The notes below the pieces were generated by a model that did not search any database, was not told the DNA's origin, and saw nothing but the letters and a program-made list of their open reading frames with translations. This document shows, one piece after another, positions 21,212 to 29,388 of a stretch of DNA of 64,000 bases. The stretch comes from an uncultured Planctomycetota bacterium (GTDB taxonomy: Bacteria > Planctomycetota > Planctomycetia > Isosphaerales > Isosphaeraceae). Position numbers and translations under genes: made by a program. Within the stretch, counting starts at the first letter, position 1; each line of letters opens with the position of its first letter. The stretch covers positions 736,001 to 800,000 of the forward strand of contig CAWGMQ010000005.1 in the NCBI GenBank assembly GCA_963823665.1, written 5' to 3'.

Positions 21212-21593
21212 AGGCCGGTAGTACCTTCTATATCTGCGACAGAAACGTTGATAGCCATCTCTGGGTAGTGATCTCGGATCCGGAACGAGATCCGCTGCGG
21301 GTAATCATGGTCAGCATGACCACATGACCACTTATGAAGACTATAAGGAAGACGCCTGTTTACTTGATGTTGGTGACCATCCAAATATCAGCCACAAGAG
21401 CTGCGTTGCTTACAACTAAACGAGAATCGCCACCCTTGAGGGATTGAATTCGTTGGCGAGCGGCGGACACGTGACGATGCAGCCGACCGACTCTCAAGAA
21501 GTGCTGCAGCGCATCAGGGCCGGGGTCAGCAAATCACGGAGAATTCATTACAAGTATGTCGAAATTCTGCTTGATCAACAGATCATCGAGTGA
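21208..21593 (+). pseudogene. Inactivated PemK/MazF-like toxin partner
   Basis: ATGA overlap with Panacea; reconstructs to MKAGSTFYI..SHLWVVISDP..VIMVSMTT-YEDYKEDACLLDVGDHPNISHKSCVAY..; broken by an 8-bp duplication (21316-21331) and an in-frame TAA (21417-21419). Confidence 0.65.
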
Positions 21594-21736
21594 CTTTGGC
21601 CGTCGGCCGAGAACGGCCATGAATCCTGCGTCAGCTCCTCCAAGTTGACGTAATCCGCGAGAAAGTAGGCTGGCATCGATTGAGATAACGGTCCCTCAGA
21701 ACGGCTCATTTTCCAGTGGATAGGGCCACCGCCAGT

Positions 21737-22189
21737 TCAATCCTTCTTGGCGTAGTCCCCTTCCAGGCGATCCTTAACCGCCTGGGCATCCTCTCCCTCC
21801 ACTTCGTTGAGCGTCGCCGCTTCTCCGTCGACTTTCCATTTGAACTTGAACTCCGTCCCGACCGGCACGACATTCTTCACCTTCTCGATCACATTCTCGG
21901 CGCCGCCGAAGCTCTTGACTTTGGCTTTGACCAGACCCTCCTTGGTGACGGTGTAGGAGCATTCGATCTGGATGTTCGCGCTATCCCCGTGAGGATAGAT
22001 CGTGAGCTCGCCCTCGGTCGTGAACTTCAGCTTCGGCTCCGCATCCTTCTTCTCCCACGACCCGGACAGCGATGTCTTGTCCTTTTTGTCTTTATCGTCT
22101 TTCCCGCCGTCGGCCGAGGACGGGCGAGCGGCCAGGGCGAAAATGCCGCAGACCAGCAGTGTGCCAAACCAGAGCGTGTTTCGTCGCAT
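21737..22189 (-). CDS. Secreted small beta-barrel (lipocalin-like) planctomycete protein
   Basis: Signal peptide, then LSGSWEK..LKFTTEG and FKFKWKVDGEAATL. Confidence 0.65.
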   Translation of the reverse strand: MRRNTLWFGTLLVCGIFALAARPSSADGGKDDKDKKDKTSLSGSWEKKDAEPKLKFTTEGELTIYPHGDSANIQIECSYTVTKEGLVKAKVKSFGGAENVIEKVKNVVPVGTEFKFKWKVDGEAATLNEVEGEDAQAVKDRLEGDYAKKD

Positions 22190-22278
22190 GATCGGCGTCT
22201 CCTTGAGGTGCGAGGCCATGCCGTGTGTCGCCGACTCGGCAACCATCGGCGTGAATGTCCCGCGAATCGAGTGAGTTC

Positions 22279-22309
22279 GTATGTTAGCGACTGCTAACTT
22301 ACTTGTCCA
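22279..22309 (-). promoter_or_regulatory. Sigma70-type promoter overlapped by a palindromic (TetR-type) operator
   Basis: Minus strand TGGACA-17 nt-TAACAT; inverted repeat GTA-T-GTTAGC-GACT-GCTAAC-T-TAC at 22279-22302. Confidence 0.6.
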
Positions 22310-22399
22310 CGGGCAAGCGCAATAGTTTTCCGGCGGTCGCTCCGGGCATCGGTCGAGGCGGCCTGGTATGCGGGGGACTACGGCCCTAGACTGGGGCAC

Positions 22400-22986
22400 A
22401 TGGGCCGCCCAAAGACGATTTCTGATGACGCCGTCCTACGGATTGGCGCAACGTCTTCCGCGAGCACGGGCATACTGCGACGACGCGGGAAATCGCTCAG
22501 GCCGCGGGCATATCGGAGCCGATTCTTTACCGGCGTTTTGGAAGCAAGGATGCCCTCTTCTTCGCTGCGATGCACGCCCAGGGTCCGGAGATTGATGAGT
22601 TGCTCGGGCCTGAGGATCCTCCTGGCGATGCGCGTGAATACCTGAGGACCGTACTCCACCGGCTGGGGGCTTATTTCGCAGAGGTCATCCCGCTGGCACT
22701 TCGAGTCATGACGCACCCGTCGTTTGACCCGGAGTCGTTGTCTCGCACCGTACCCGGCGGCCCGGTGGAGCTGCGGGAGGGCCTGGCAAATCGGCTGGCC
22801 TCACTCGCGCGTCGGCAGCAACTTTCGATCTCGGACGAAGTCGTGCTGGCGCGTCTCCTCCTGAGCCTCGCACACGACTGGGCGCTCGGAGTCGCGTTTG
22901 CCCACGGGAACGTTCCCAGAAACGACCGCAGGCTGGACGAATTCTTGGAGGTTTTGTGGAAAGGGGTGCAGCGCCCTCAGGCGTGA
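22400..22986 (+). CDS. TetR/AcrR-family transcriptional regulator (indel ~22450)
   Basis: MGRPKTISDDAVL, then in the shifted frame TTREIAQAAGISEPILYRRFGSKDALF (TetR HTH). Confidence 0.85.
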
Positions 22987-24059
22987 CGGGCGGACCGATG
23001 CGGTCCTGTGCGCGTTTCGTTTGACGGTGCGCCTTCCTTGCCGACGTCCGTGCCCTTCTTGGCGTCGGGCCGACTGGACTGCTTCCGTTCAGGCTTGGGC
23101 TGCGCTCTGCGCGTCAGGAGGTGGAGGTCGAAATCGGGGCCGAACAACGCGCTGAGCCGCCGTTGCTGGGGCGGGGTGAGCACCCTGGTAAGCAGCGCAT
23201 CGGTGGTCTGCTCGAATCGATCGAGCTCCTCCCCTCGCACCTTCGCCCGTTTGTTGCTTTCCGCGAGCACGCGCAGATCCTGGTCGTTGAGCGTCTCATG
23301 ATTCTGATGCTTCTTGACCACGCGACTCCATTCGGCGAGTCGTGCCTGGGCTTCCGGAGTGGCGCGTTCAGCAGCCTGCGCCGCTTCGACCTCCGCCTCA
23401 CGTTCTGCCAGAATCCCGTGGAATTGCGCGATTTGTTCTTTTGTCATGCCGACATTTTCGGCGACATCAGGACGAGTAACCGCGCGGATTCCCTCCTGGC
23501 GGAGCATGATCTGGACCAGTCGCTCGTTCTGGGCCGGTGTGAGCAGCGCCCGGACCGACTCGTCGCACGCCTCGGTGGCCCTGGCCTGACGATTCGTGGC
23601 CACGGCCAGCTCCCGTTGGGCCTTGCCAAACTGCCTTGGGTCTCCCGATTGCACGGCCCGCTCGAGAGCCAACCGGGCATTGCGGAGCGACACGTGGATT
23701 TGCCCGATTTCTCCGACGCTGACGACCAGGTGTTCGGCGTCGAGGATCACCTGGCGCTGCTTGGTCGAGATCTTCAACTCCTCGCAGACGGCCGGGACGA
23801 GCACTAACTCCGAGATGGAGCCACTCGCGACGTACTGACGTCGCGGGATTGGCTGGTCTCGCCCGGTTTGGCTGGCGGCGGTACCAGCCTTGTTTTCTTG
23901 ACCGAGCGCCCTACACGACTGGGCCTCGACTGCGATGAGCGCGCACCACATCGAGACGATTGCGAGGCCCCTCGAGACTACCACGACTGTTCCCTCCACG
24001 ATCTTGCAAACAATGTGAAGTGAAGGGCGCACGTCATCAGTGCCGGCCCGTTGAGCCAT
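22977..24059 (-). CDS. Exported helical protein with LTxxQ (Spy/CpxP-like) motifs; start uncertain
   Basis: LLTPAQNERL, MTKEQIAQ and VLTPPQQRRL; hydrophobic N-terminal segment. Confidence 0.6.
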   Translation of the reverse strand: MAQRAGTDDVRPSLHIVCKIVEGTVVVVSRGLAIVSMWCALIAVEAQSCRALGQENKAGTAASQTGRDQPIPRRQYVASGSISELVLVPAVCEELKISTKQRQVILDAEHLVVSVGEIGQIHVSLRNARLALERAVQSGDPRQFGKAQRELAVATNRQARATEACDESVRALLTPAQNERLVQIMLRQEGIRAVTRPDVAENVGMTKEQIAQFHGILAEREAEVEAAQAAERATPEAQARLAEWSRVVKKHQNHETLNDQDLRVLAESNKRAKVRGEELDRFEQTTDALLTRVLTPPQQRRLSALFGPDFDLHLLTRRAQPKPERKQSSRPDAKKGTDVGKEGAPSNETRTGPHRSARHA

Positions 24060-25069
24060 CGAACGTCAAGCCCGCGGGTCCCAATCGTACCATACCCGGC
24101 GGCCCGGTAGTGCAGTCGGCGCGGCTGTATGGCCGGGGCTTTGTGCGACGGTGCGCAGATGCTGAGGGAATTATCTTCCGCAACCGATCTAGTCGGTGGA
24201 ACCCGGAAACTTTCTGGAGATTTCCTGGTCGAAAGGCGGCGGAATCCGCAAAGTCGCCGCATATTCTCAGTGAGGGAGTGCGCTCTGTGGCGGCGTGTTG
24301 TGACGGGATGAACGCCGGCCCACGGCGCCGCGGGCGCTCTCGAGCTACATCCGCGGGCCGGAGGAATTCGCTCATTAACGAGGGCGTGACCTCGATCGGC
24401 AACATGAGGGGATAGAACATTGACAACCTCAGGCAGTGACAGCGCTGGTCGAAGTTTTGTTCCGGCGTGGGCGGACACCCGTGTGCGCGTGGCTGGCGAC
24501 GGGGCCTTTGGCGTCAACCGTCCCCGGAGCGCCGTCGGAGTGTGGCGGAAGATCTGCTGGGTTGTCCGAGTCGGAACGAGTTCAGGATCCCCGCCGATTT
24601 TCACTAGTGTACTGATGCTTGAACCCCGTCCAAGTATTGCCACTTTTTGCCACTTTGCGAGGCAAAGTATTGCCATTAGACGATCCGAGAGCTGCTCCGC
24701 AAGTTGAATCAGAGTCATGGGATCGAAAATACATTCGTTGGTCTTCTCGGCGTGAACAACCGAGTGGCAAATGCCATCGGAAATTGCCATCGGAAAACTC
24801 TGATGTGTACACTATGGCCAAACGGAAAAAAAGAGGTCGTTGTGTTAATCTTCAACGGTTGGCGCCGAGACAGCCGGCGTGGGCGAACTGGAGCGTCGAG
24901 GCTTGCGTATCACTAAGCAACCGGGTTTATCTATTAGTCTGCCCGGAGAGACCGCGTGGCTGATCGATCGATTGATCGCCGAAGTAGCCGGGAGTTCCTG
25001 GTCGGGGAGCTGGCGAGGGCTTCACTCGAATGAGTTGAAAATCAAGCGTGGAGGAGACGATCGGACGAC

Positions 25070-26059
25070 ATGAGCGTTGACATCCAAAAGATCAAGGAGC
25101 AGGTACTCAAGTATTCGGACCAGCTCGAGCGGGTGAAATCGGAGGTACGCAAGGTTCTCGTCGGGCAGGACGCGATGCTTTCGCGGCTGATGATTGCTCT
25201 CTTGACCGGGGGGCACGTGTTGCTCGAGGGGGTGCCGGGCCTGGCCAAGACCACCACGATCAAGGCGCTTGCCTCGGCGATTCATTGCAAATTCAACCGC
25301 ATTCAGTTCACGCCCGACCTGCTGCCGGCGGACCTGATCGGCACGCTCATCTATAACCCGCGGGAAGGTATCTTCAGCACGCGGAAGGGGCCGATCTTCG
25401 CGAACCTCATCCTGGCTGATGAGATCAACCGTGCTCCATCGAAGGTTCAGTCGGCACTGCTGGAGGCGATGCAGGAGCATCAGGTGACCATTGGCGATGA
25501 GACTTACAAGCTCGAGGAGCCGTTTCTGGTGCTGGCCACGCAGAATCCGATCGAGCAGGAGGGAACTTACCCGCTGCCGGAAGCGCAGGTCGATCGGTTC
25601 ATGCTGAAGGTGGTGATCGGGTATCCCAGCATGAGCGACGAGCGCAAGGTTGTGGATTCGGTGCTTGATGACCTGAGGCGCGAAGTGCAGCCGGTGCTCG
25701 ATCCGGGACAACTCGCCGAGATGAAACGAACGGCCGCCACGATCTATCTCGACGACAAGGTGAAGGACTACGTTCTGGACCTGGTTTCCGCAACCCGGTA
25801 TCCCGAGAAGTACAAGCTGAGCGAGTTGAAGCCGCTCATCGAGTATGGGGCGTCGCCGAGGGCGTCGATCAACCTCTGCCTGGCCGCGCGCGCCAATGCG
25901 TTTCTGGTCGGGCGCGGGTATGTCACCCCGCAGGATGTGAAGGACGTGGCGCTCGACATTTTGCGGCATCGAGTGATTCTGACTTATGAGGCCGAAGCCG
26001 AGGAGACCACGTCTGACGACGTCGTCCGCAAGGTGCTGGAATCGGTACCCGTGCCCTGA
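25070..26059 (+). CDS. moxR: MoxR-family AAA+ ATPase
   Basis: LLEGVPGLAKT, RIQFTPDLLPAD, LADEINRA, ATQNPIEQEGTYPLPEAQVDRF, GASPRA. Confidence 0.95.
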   Translation: MSVDIQKIKEQVLKYSDQLERVKSEVRKVLVGQDAMLSRLMIALLTGGHVLLEGVPGLAKTTTIKALASAIHCKFNRIQFTPDLLPADLIGTLIYNPREGIFSTRKGPIFANLILADEINRAPSKVQSALLEAMQEHQVTIGDETYKLEEPFLVLATQNPIEQEGTYPLPEAQVDRFMLKVVIGYPSMSDERKVVDSVLDDLRREVQPVLDPGQLAEMKRTAATIYLDDKVKDYVLDLVSATRYPEKYKLSELKPLIEYGASPRASINLCLAARANAFLVGRGYVTPQDVKDVALDILRHRVILTYEAEAEETTSDDVVRKVLESVPVP

Positions 26060-26087
26060 GATGACATGACTTCACACACAGAGTGCC

Positions 26088-26972
26088 ATGGCGACTCGAC
26101 AACTTGAAGACGTGTTGAAAGAAGTGCGGCGCATCCAGATCGTGGCGCGGCGGCAGGTGAACGACCTGCTGGCGGGCGAGTATCTCAGCGTCTTCAAGGG
26201 ACGCGGGATGGAGTTCGACGCGGTGCGCGAGTACGTACCCGGCGATGAGATCCGCAGCATCGACTGGAACGTCACCGCGCGGACAGGCTCGCCTTATATC
26301 AAGACATTTTGCGAAGAACGCGAGCTCACGGTGCTGCTGGCGGTGGACATCTCGGCGTCGGGCTCGTTTGGCTCATGCCGGCTGAGCAAGATGGAGACGG
26401 CCGTGGAAGTGGCGGCCGTGCTCATGTTCACGGCGCTCAAGAACAACGACAAGGTCGGCCTGCTGTTTTTCACCGATGACGTCGTGAAGTACATTCCGCC
26501 ACGCAAGGGGCGGGCCAATGTACTCAGGCTGATTCGCGAGCTGCTGGCGACCGAGCCGGTCAAGGCGCAGACAGATATTTCCAAGGCACTCGAGTTTCTG
26601 GGGCGCGTGCAGCGGCGGCGGTGCGTCGTGTTCGTGATGAGCGATTTTCTGGGACCGGATTGCTCGCGCGCGCTGGCTATTGCCAACCAGCGGCATGATT
26701 GTATTGCCGTCACGATGGAGGACCCGCGCGAATCGAGCCTTCCCGACGTGGGGTTCCTGACCTTGCGCGACGCCGAGACGGACGAGCTGGTGGATCTGGA
26801 TACGCGGCACCCGAAAGTGCGGGCGCTGTTTGCGAAGACGGCCCGCGAACGGGAACAGAGGCTGGCCGGCTGGCTGCGACGGGCAAATGTTGACCGGCTT
26901 GAGATTCGCACGGATCGGCCTTATGCCAATAGCTTGCAGAAGTTCTTTCGAATGCGGGAGCGGCAACGATGA
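26088..26972 (+). CDS. DUF58 domain protein
   Basis: GRGMEFDAVREYVPGDEIRSIDWNVTAR, VDISAS, SDF; follows moxR. Confidence 0.92.
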   Translation: MATRQLEDVLKEVRRIQIVARRQVNDLLAGEYLSVFKGRGMEFDAVREYVPGDEIRSIDWNVTARTGSPYIKTFCEERELTVLLAVDISASGSFGSCRLSKMETAVEVAAVLMFTALKNNDKVGLLFFTDDVVKYIPPRKGRANVLRLIRELLATEPVKAQTDISKALEFLGRVQRRRCVVFVMSDFLGPDCSRALAIANQRHDCIAVTMEDPRESSLPDVGFLTLRDAETDELVDLDTRHPKVRALFAKTAREREQRLAGWLRRANVDRLEIRTDRPYANSLQKFFRMRERQR

Positions 26973-28261
26973 GGGGGGGTATCGGGAGGACGGAGGGCGG
27001 AGGACTGGGGGCGGCGATGGTGATCGGTTGGGGTTGCGCGGTCGAGAGATGTGGCGGCTACGGGTTTGGCTGCACCCCCCCTGGCCCCCCCTTTGCAAGG
27101 GGGGGAAAGGTGGGCGCGGGGTCTCCGCTTGCGCCCGGCGCGTCTTTCGGATCACTGGCGGGTGACGCCTTTCACCCCCCTTGCCCCCCCTTTGCAAGGG
27201 GGAGAAAGGTTGGGGTATTTGCAAGGGGGCGAAAGCGGCGGCTGTTGGCGGTCTGCGTTCTCAGTGGCGCTGTCGCTCTAGCCGGGTGCGGGGGGATGGG
27301 GCGGAAAGGGGGCGATTCCGGTGCATCGACCGGCAACGCAATCGAGCGGAGCGCTCGGAAGGGGCCGGTGAAGCTTTCGGTGCGGGTGACTCCGCGCGAG
27401 CCGCGGCTTTCGGATCTGGTGGAGATGGACGTGACGGTCGAGGGGCAGGCCAACGTCGAGATCAAACCGCCGGCGTTCGGGCAGGCGGTGGGCGATTTTC
27501 TCATTCGCGATTATACGGAGCGGCGGGCGGAACCGGGGGCCCCGAACACTCGCCGATTCCACTACGAGCTCGAGCCTGCGCACGCCGGCAAGCACCTGAT
27601 TCGCTCGGTGTCGATTGAGTTCGTGGACAAGAGGGCCAATTCGGAAGCGAAGGCGGAGCCGGTGTTGATCGAGACCGAGCCACTGGAGGTAAATGTCACA
27701 TCGGAGCTGGGTAATGAAGCCCCGAGCCTGGCGAATCTGGAACCGATGGTGCCGCCGCAATCGGTTCCGCAGGTCTCGGCGACGGCGTGGGTGATCGCGG
27801 CGGTGGCGGCCGGGGTGCTGGCGATCGTGGGCGGCGTGCTGCTGTTCCGCCGGCGCAAGCGGCGGGTGGCCGAGGCACCGCGGCTTTCGCCTGAAGAGAT
27901 CGCACGGCAGGCGCTGGCGCTTCTGCTCTCGGAGAACCTGCCGGGGCGGGGGCTCTTCAAGGAGTTTTATTTGCGGCTTACGGGGATCGTGCGGCAGTAT
28001 GTTGAAGACACGACGGGCATGCGGGCGCCCGAGCAGACAACCGAGGAATTCTTGCGCGACATGCGCTCCCGGCAGGCGTTTTCGCGCGAGCGGGGCATCC
28101 GGCTGGCGGAGTTTCTGGAAGCGGCTGACTTGATCAAGTATGCCGGGCAAACACCTGACGAAGGCCAGATCGAGGAAGCCATTGCGCGGGCACATGAGTT
28201 TGTGGGCCTGGAGCCGGCGCGCGAGGCGGCGATGGCCGGCGCGGCCGCGAACTCAGCCTGA
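26969..28261 (+). CDS. bat-operon membrane protein (BatD-like Ig domain, TM helix, helical C-terminus); true start may be downstream of the 5' repeats
   Basis: Lipobox-like ALAGC, TM plus RRRKRR, FYLRLTGIVRQYVE...EQTTEEFL...ADLIKYA. Confidence 0.75.
   Translation: MRGGIGRTEGGGLGAAMVIGWGCAVERCGGYGFGCTPPGPPFARGGKVGAGSPLAPGASFGSLAGDAFHPPCPPFARGRKVGVFARGRKRRLLAVCVLSGAVALAGCGGMGRKGGDSGASTGNAIERSARKGPVKLSVRVTPREPRLSDLVEMDVTVEGQANVEIKPPAFGQAVGDFLIRDYTERRAEPGAPNTRRFHYELEPAHAGKHLIRSVSIEFVDKRANSEAKAEPVLIETEPLEVNVTSELGNEAPSLANLEPMVPPQSVPQVSATAWVIAAVAAGVLAIVGGVLLFRRRKRRVAEAPRLSPEEIARQALALLLSENLPGRGLFKEFYLRLTGIVRQYVEDTTGMRAPEQTTEEFLRDMRSRQAFSRERGIRLAEFLEAADLIKYAGQTPDEGQIEEAIARAHEFVGLEPAREAAMAGAAANSA
27073..27235 (+). 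repeat. Poly-C/poly-G palindromic REP-like elements (2 full copies + 1 partial)
   Basis: CACCCCCC(C)TGGCCCCCCCTTTGCAAGGGGGGGAAAGG-type units at 27073 and 27173; partial TTTGCAAGGGGGCGAAAG at ~27218. Confidence 0.75.
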
Positions 28262-28290
28262 GTGGAACCAAGAGGAGGAAGATCGAATCC

Positions 28291-29366
28291 GTGAATACGC
28301 TTCGTCTTTATTCTATGTTCTGGCTGCTGGTGGCGCCTGTCGCGCTCGCTGCTCTGTGGTGGCGATTTCGTTCGCGGACGCGGGCGGCCGCGGTTTTTTC
28401 GAGCGTGGCTGATCTCAAGGATCTGCCGGTCACGACGGCGCAGCGCGTGAGGCACTTCTTGCCCTATGTGTATGGACTGGGCTTGTGCCTGGTGGTCGCC
28501 GCGCTCGCACGGCCGCAGGCGAGCAAGGCGGAATCGCGGATCTCGGGCGAGGGGATTGCGATCGAGATCGTGCTCGACGTGTCCGGGTCGATGGAAGCGC
28601 TCGACTTCCAGCTCGAGGGCCACGACGTGAGCCGGCTGACGGCGGTGAAGCACGTGGTCAAGGAGTTTGTGCTGGGCTCGCGCGCGATGGGACTGGCGGG
28701 CCGGACGGATGATCTTGTCGGGCTGGTTGCCTTCGGGGGATTTGCCGACAGCAAGTGTCCGCTCACGCTCGATCATGGCGCGCTTGCGGACATTGTAGCG
28801 GGGCTCGAGACGCCCAAGCCCGTGCGCGACAGTCAGGGGCGGATGATCAACGCCGAGGCACTGCGCGAGGAGATGGCGACGGCAATCGGCGACGGCGTGG
28901 CGGTGGGCGTGGACCGGCTGCGCGGGCGCGGGCCAAGAGCAAGGTGCTCGTGCTGCTGACCGACGGCGACAACAACGCGGGGGTGGTCGAGCCGCGCGAG
29001 TCGGCGCAGATCGCGGCGGATTCTGGAATCCGGGTGTACACAATCGGCATCGGGCATAGCGGCACCGTGCCGATTCCGCAGGAAGACGAGTTTGGAAACA
29101 AGGTGCTCGTTCCGGCGCAGTTTCGGATCGACGAAGAGTTGTTGCGCGATATGGCCAAGACCGGGCGCGGGGAGTATTTTCACGCGGAGGACACCGAGGG
29201 CCTCGTCCAGGTTTATGCTCAGATCGATAAGCTGGAGAAATCGAAGTTCGAGGAAACGAAGTATTCCGAATATACTGAGCTGTTTCCGTGGTTCGCCGGA
29301 ACAGGTCTGGCGCTCATACTTCTGGTCGGCGTGCTCGCGGAAACGCGGTTTCGCTCGTTGCCGTAA
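28291..29366 (+). CDS. batA: VWA-domain protein BatA (indel ~28930)
   Basis: N-terminal TMs, ALARPQ, MIDAS DVSGSM, TAIGDG, LLTDG, IRVYTIGIG, C-terminal TM. Confidence 0.85.
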
Positions 29367-29388
29367 AGAAAAGAGGACCGATCACCAA

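Noticed and set aside
23978..24790. 270-aa and 129-aa minus-strand ORFs in the gap upstream of moxR
   Set aside because: No recognisable motifs or convincing coding signal; left unannotated
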